Assembly (NCBI GenBank): GCA_050256115.1
Contig: JBFWIG010000001.1
Coordinates: forward strand, 1-28,851
DNA: 28,851 bases
Reading direction: 5' to 3'
Source: Bacteroidales bacterium
Lineage (GTDB): Bacteria > Bacteroidota > Bacteroidia > Bacteroidales > UBA4181
The notes under the pieces were generated by a model. That model did not search any database. It saw only the letters and a list, made by a program, of their open reading frames with translations, and was not told the origin of the DNA. Each line of letters starts with the position of its first letter. Positions within the stretch are counted from its first letter, which is position 1. Of the stretch, positions 27,623-28,851 are shown piece after piece. The position numbers and the translations under genes were made by a program.

Positions 27623-27823
27623 TGCGCTAAGCGCAAGTGCTCTAATGCTCTAATGCTGCGCTGGCGCGCAAATGATAAGTGTAGCAGTGTAACAATGCTC
27701 TAATGAGGGGTTGTGCGGAAGCCCAGATTCTCATTAGAGCATTTCTGCGTTATTGAAGAATTCGCGCGCCAGTGGAGCACTAGAGCACTTGAAGCGCTTT
27801 AGCGCTTCGATGCATTAGAGCAC
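27612..27823. repeat. Nested palindromic REP-like element built from TGCTCTAA-type octamers
   Basis: Three nested arm pairs (27634-27650/27775-27791; 27661-27669/27764-27772; 27694-27707/27730-27743). TGCTCTAATG or its reverse complement occurs five times exactly, plus one 1-mismatch copy. Confidence 0.85.
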
Positions 27824-27871
27824 TAAACAGCAACTTTTATTTGCTTTATTGCGAAGCTCATAAGAATAATA

Positions 27872-27879
27872 TAGCTTTG
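27872..27879 (+). promoter_or_regulatory. -7 promoter box of topA
   Basis: TAGCTTTG, 36 nt upstream of ATG 27916. Confidence 0.7.
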
Positions 27880-27915
27880 CAGACCTTTTTTGAATGTTTC
27901 ACTCAGAATCCTGTA

Positions 27916-28851
27916 ATGGAAGATAATCTCGTAATTGTTGAGTCTCCGGCCAAAGCAAAAACCATCGAAAAATTTCTTGGTAAAGATTTTCATGTCACCT
28001 CCAGTTTTGGACATATCCGCGATCTGGAGAAAAAAAACCTGGGGATAGATCTTACGAATGCCTACGAACCACAATACATTGTTCCCGAAGAGAAGAAGAA
28101 AAGGGTTGCCGAACTGAAGAAACTGGCAAAAGAGGCAAAGGTGGTGTGGCTGGCTTCCGACGAAGACCGTGAGGGAGAGGCCATTGCCTGGCATCTTTAC
28201 GAAGAGTTGGGTCTGACAAGGGAGAAAACACGACGAATTGTCTTCAACGAAATTACCAAAGAGGCCATTCTGCACGCCATTAAAAACCCCAGGGATATTG
28301 ATCAGGCACTGGTTAACGCCCAACAGGCACGTCGGGTGCTCGACAGACTGGTGGGGTTCGAACTCTCACCTGTTCTGTGGAAAAAGGTTCGCCCATCCCT
28401 TTCGGCAGGGCGTGTTCAATCGGTATCGGTGAGGCTGTTGGTAGATAGAGAGAGAGAAATCAGACAGTTTAAGGCCGAGTCTGCTTATAAAACTACGGCG
28501 CATTTTGCTCCGGAAAATAACTCCGAGGTAGAACTTCAAGCCGATCTCGACCGTCGGTTCGACACCAAAGAGGAGGCTCGCCTCTTCCTGAATGCCTGTA
28601 TCGATGCCACCTTTCAGGTTTCAGGCGTCACTACACGGCCCGGTAAGAAATCGCCGGCGGCTCCCTTTACCACCTCAACCCTTCAGCAGGAGGCAGCCCG
28701 AAAACTGGGATTCTCGGTGGCACAAACTATGTCGGTGGCACAAAAACTCTATGAAGCGGGAAAAATCACCTACATGCGTACCGACTCGGTGAACCTCTCC
28801 GATCTGGCATTAGGGATGGCACGAAAAACCATCGAGAGTACATTCGGTGAC
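27916..28851 (+). CDS. topA: DNA topoisomerase I, N-terminal part (3'-truncated by window edge; absent from ORF track)
   Basis: MEDNLVIVESPAKAKTIEKFLG, GHIRDL, ASDEDREGEAIAWHL, SAGRVQS, PFTTSTLQQEA and the active-site ITYMRTDS (Tyr codon 28771-28773, in frame with ATG 27916). Confidence 0.97.
   Translation, partial: MEDNLVIVESPAKAKTIEKFLGKDFHVTSSFGHIRDLEKKNLGIDLTNAYEPQYIVPEEKKKRVAELKKLAKEAKVVWLASDEDREGEAIAWHLYEELGLTREKTRRIVFNEITKEAILHAIKNPRDIDQALVNAQQARRVLDRLVGFELSPVLWKKVRPSLSAGRVQSVSVRLLVDREREIRQFKAESAYKTTAHFAPENNSEVELQADLDRRFDTKEEARLFLNACIDATFQVSGVTTRPGKKSPAAPFTTSTLQQEAARKLGFSVAQTMSVAQKLYEAGKITYMRTDSVNLSDLALGMARKTIESTFGD

Noticed and set aside
27612-27823. CRISPR array or toxin-antitoxin interpretation of the tpx-topA repeat
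   Set aside because: There are no equal-length repeats with unique spacers, no cas genes and no convincing small ORF; the structure is a nested palindrome.
27823-28323. 166-aa minus-strand ORF and short plus ORFs at 28238 and 28592
   Set aside because: They are antisense or off-frame to topA, which the track missed because its stop lies outside the window.

Overview
A housekeeping-rich chromosomal window from a Bacteroidota (probably Bacteroidales) bacterium. The assignment rests on repeated TAnnTTTG -7 promoter boxes, gldD, a Bacteroidota-type HU and the lysS-gpsA-pgi and purH-mreBCD-mrdA-rodA gene orders. In order: the end of a SUF operon (sufD partial, sufS, sufE, DUF59/SufT), tRNA-Cys(GCA), ACP phosphodiesterase, rodA-mrdA-mreD-mreC-mreB-purH (minus strand), an AraC regulator, lysS-gpsA-pgi, a minus-strand block mutY-ssb-gldD-PPTase-thiL-like, HU, a 30-aa basic ORF missed by the ORF track, RNase E/G, DsbD, mdh, YraN, DUF502, dCMP deaminase, tpx, a ~200-bp nested palindrome and the 5' part of topA (also missed by the track). 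I found no prophage, integrase, transposase, CRISPR array or defence system, and no clearly new multi-gene system. The most interesting signals are a ThiL homologue lacking several conserved motif residues that is translationally coupled to a phosphopantetheinyl transferase, an octamer-built nested palindrome just upstream of the topA promoter, the small bS22-like ORF, and candidate operator repeats between purH and the AraC gene. All family assignments come from motif recognition and memory; no database searches were run.
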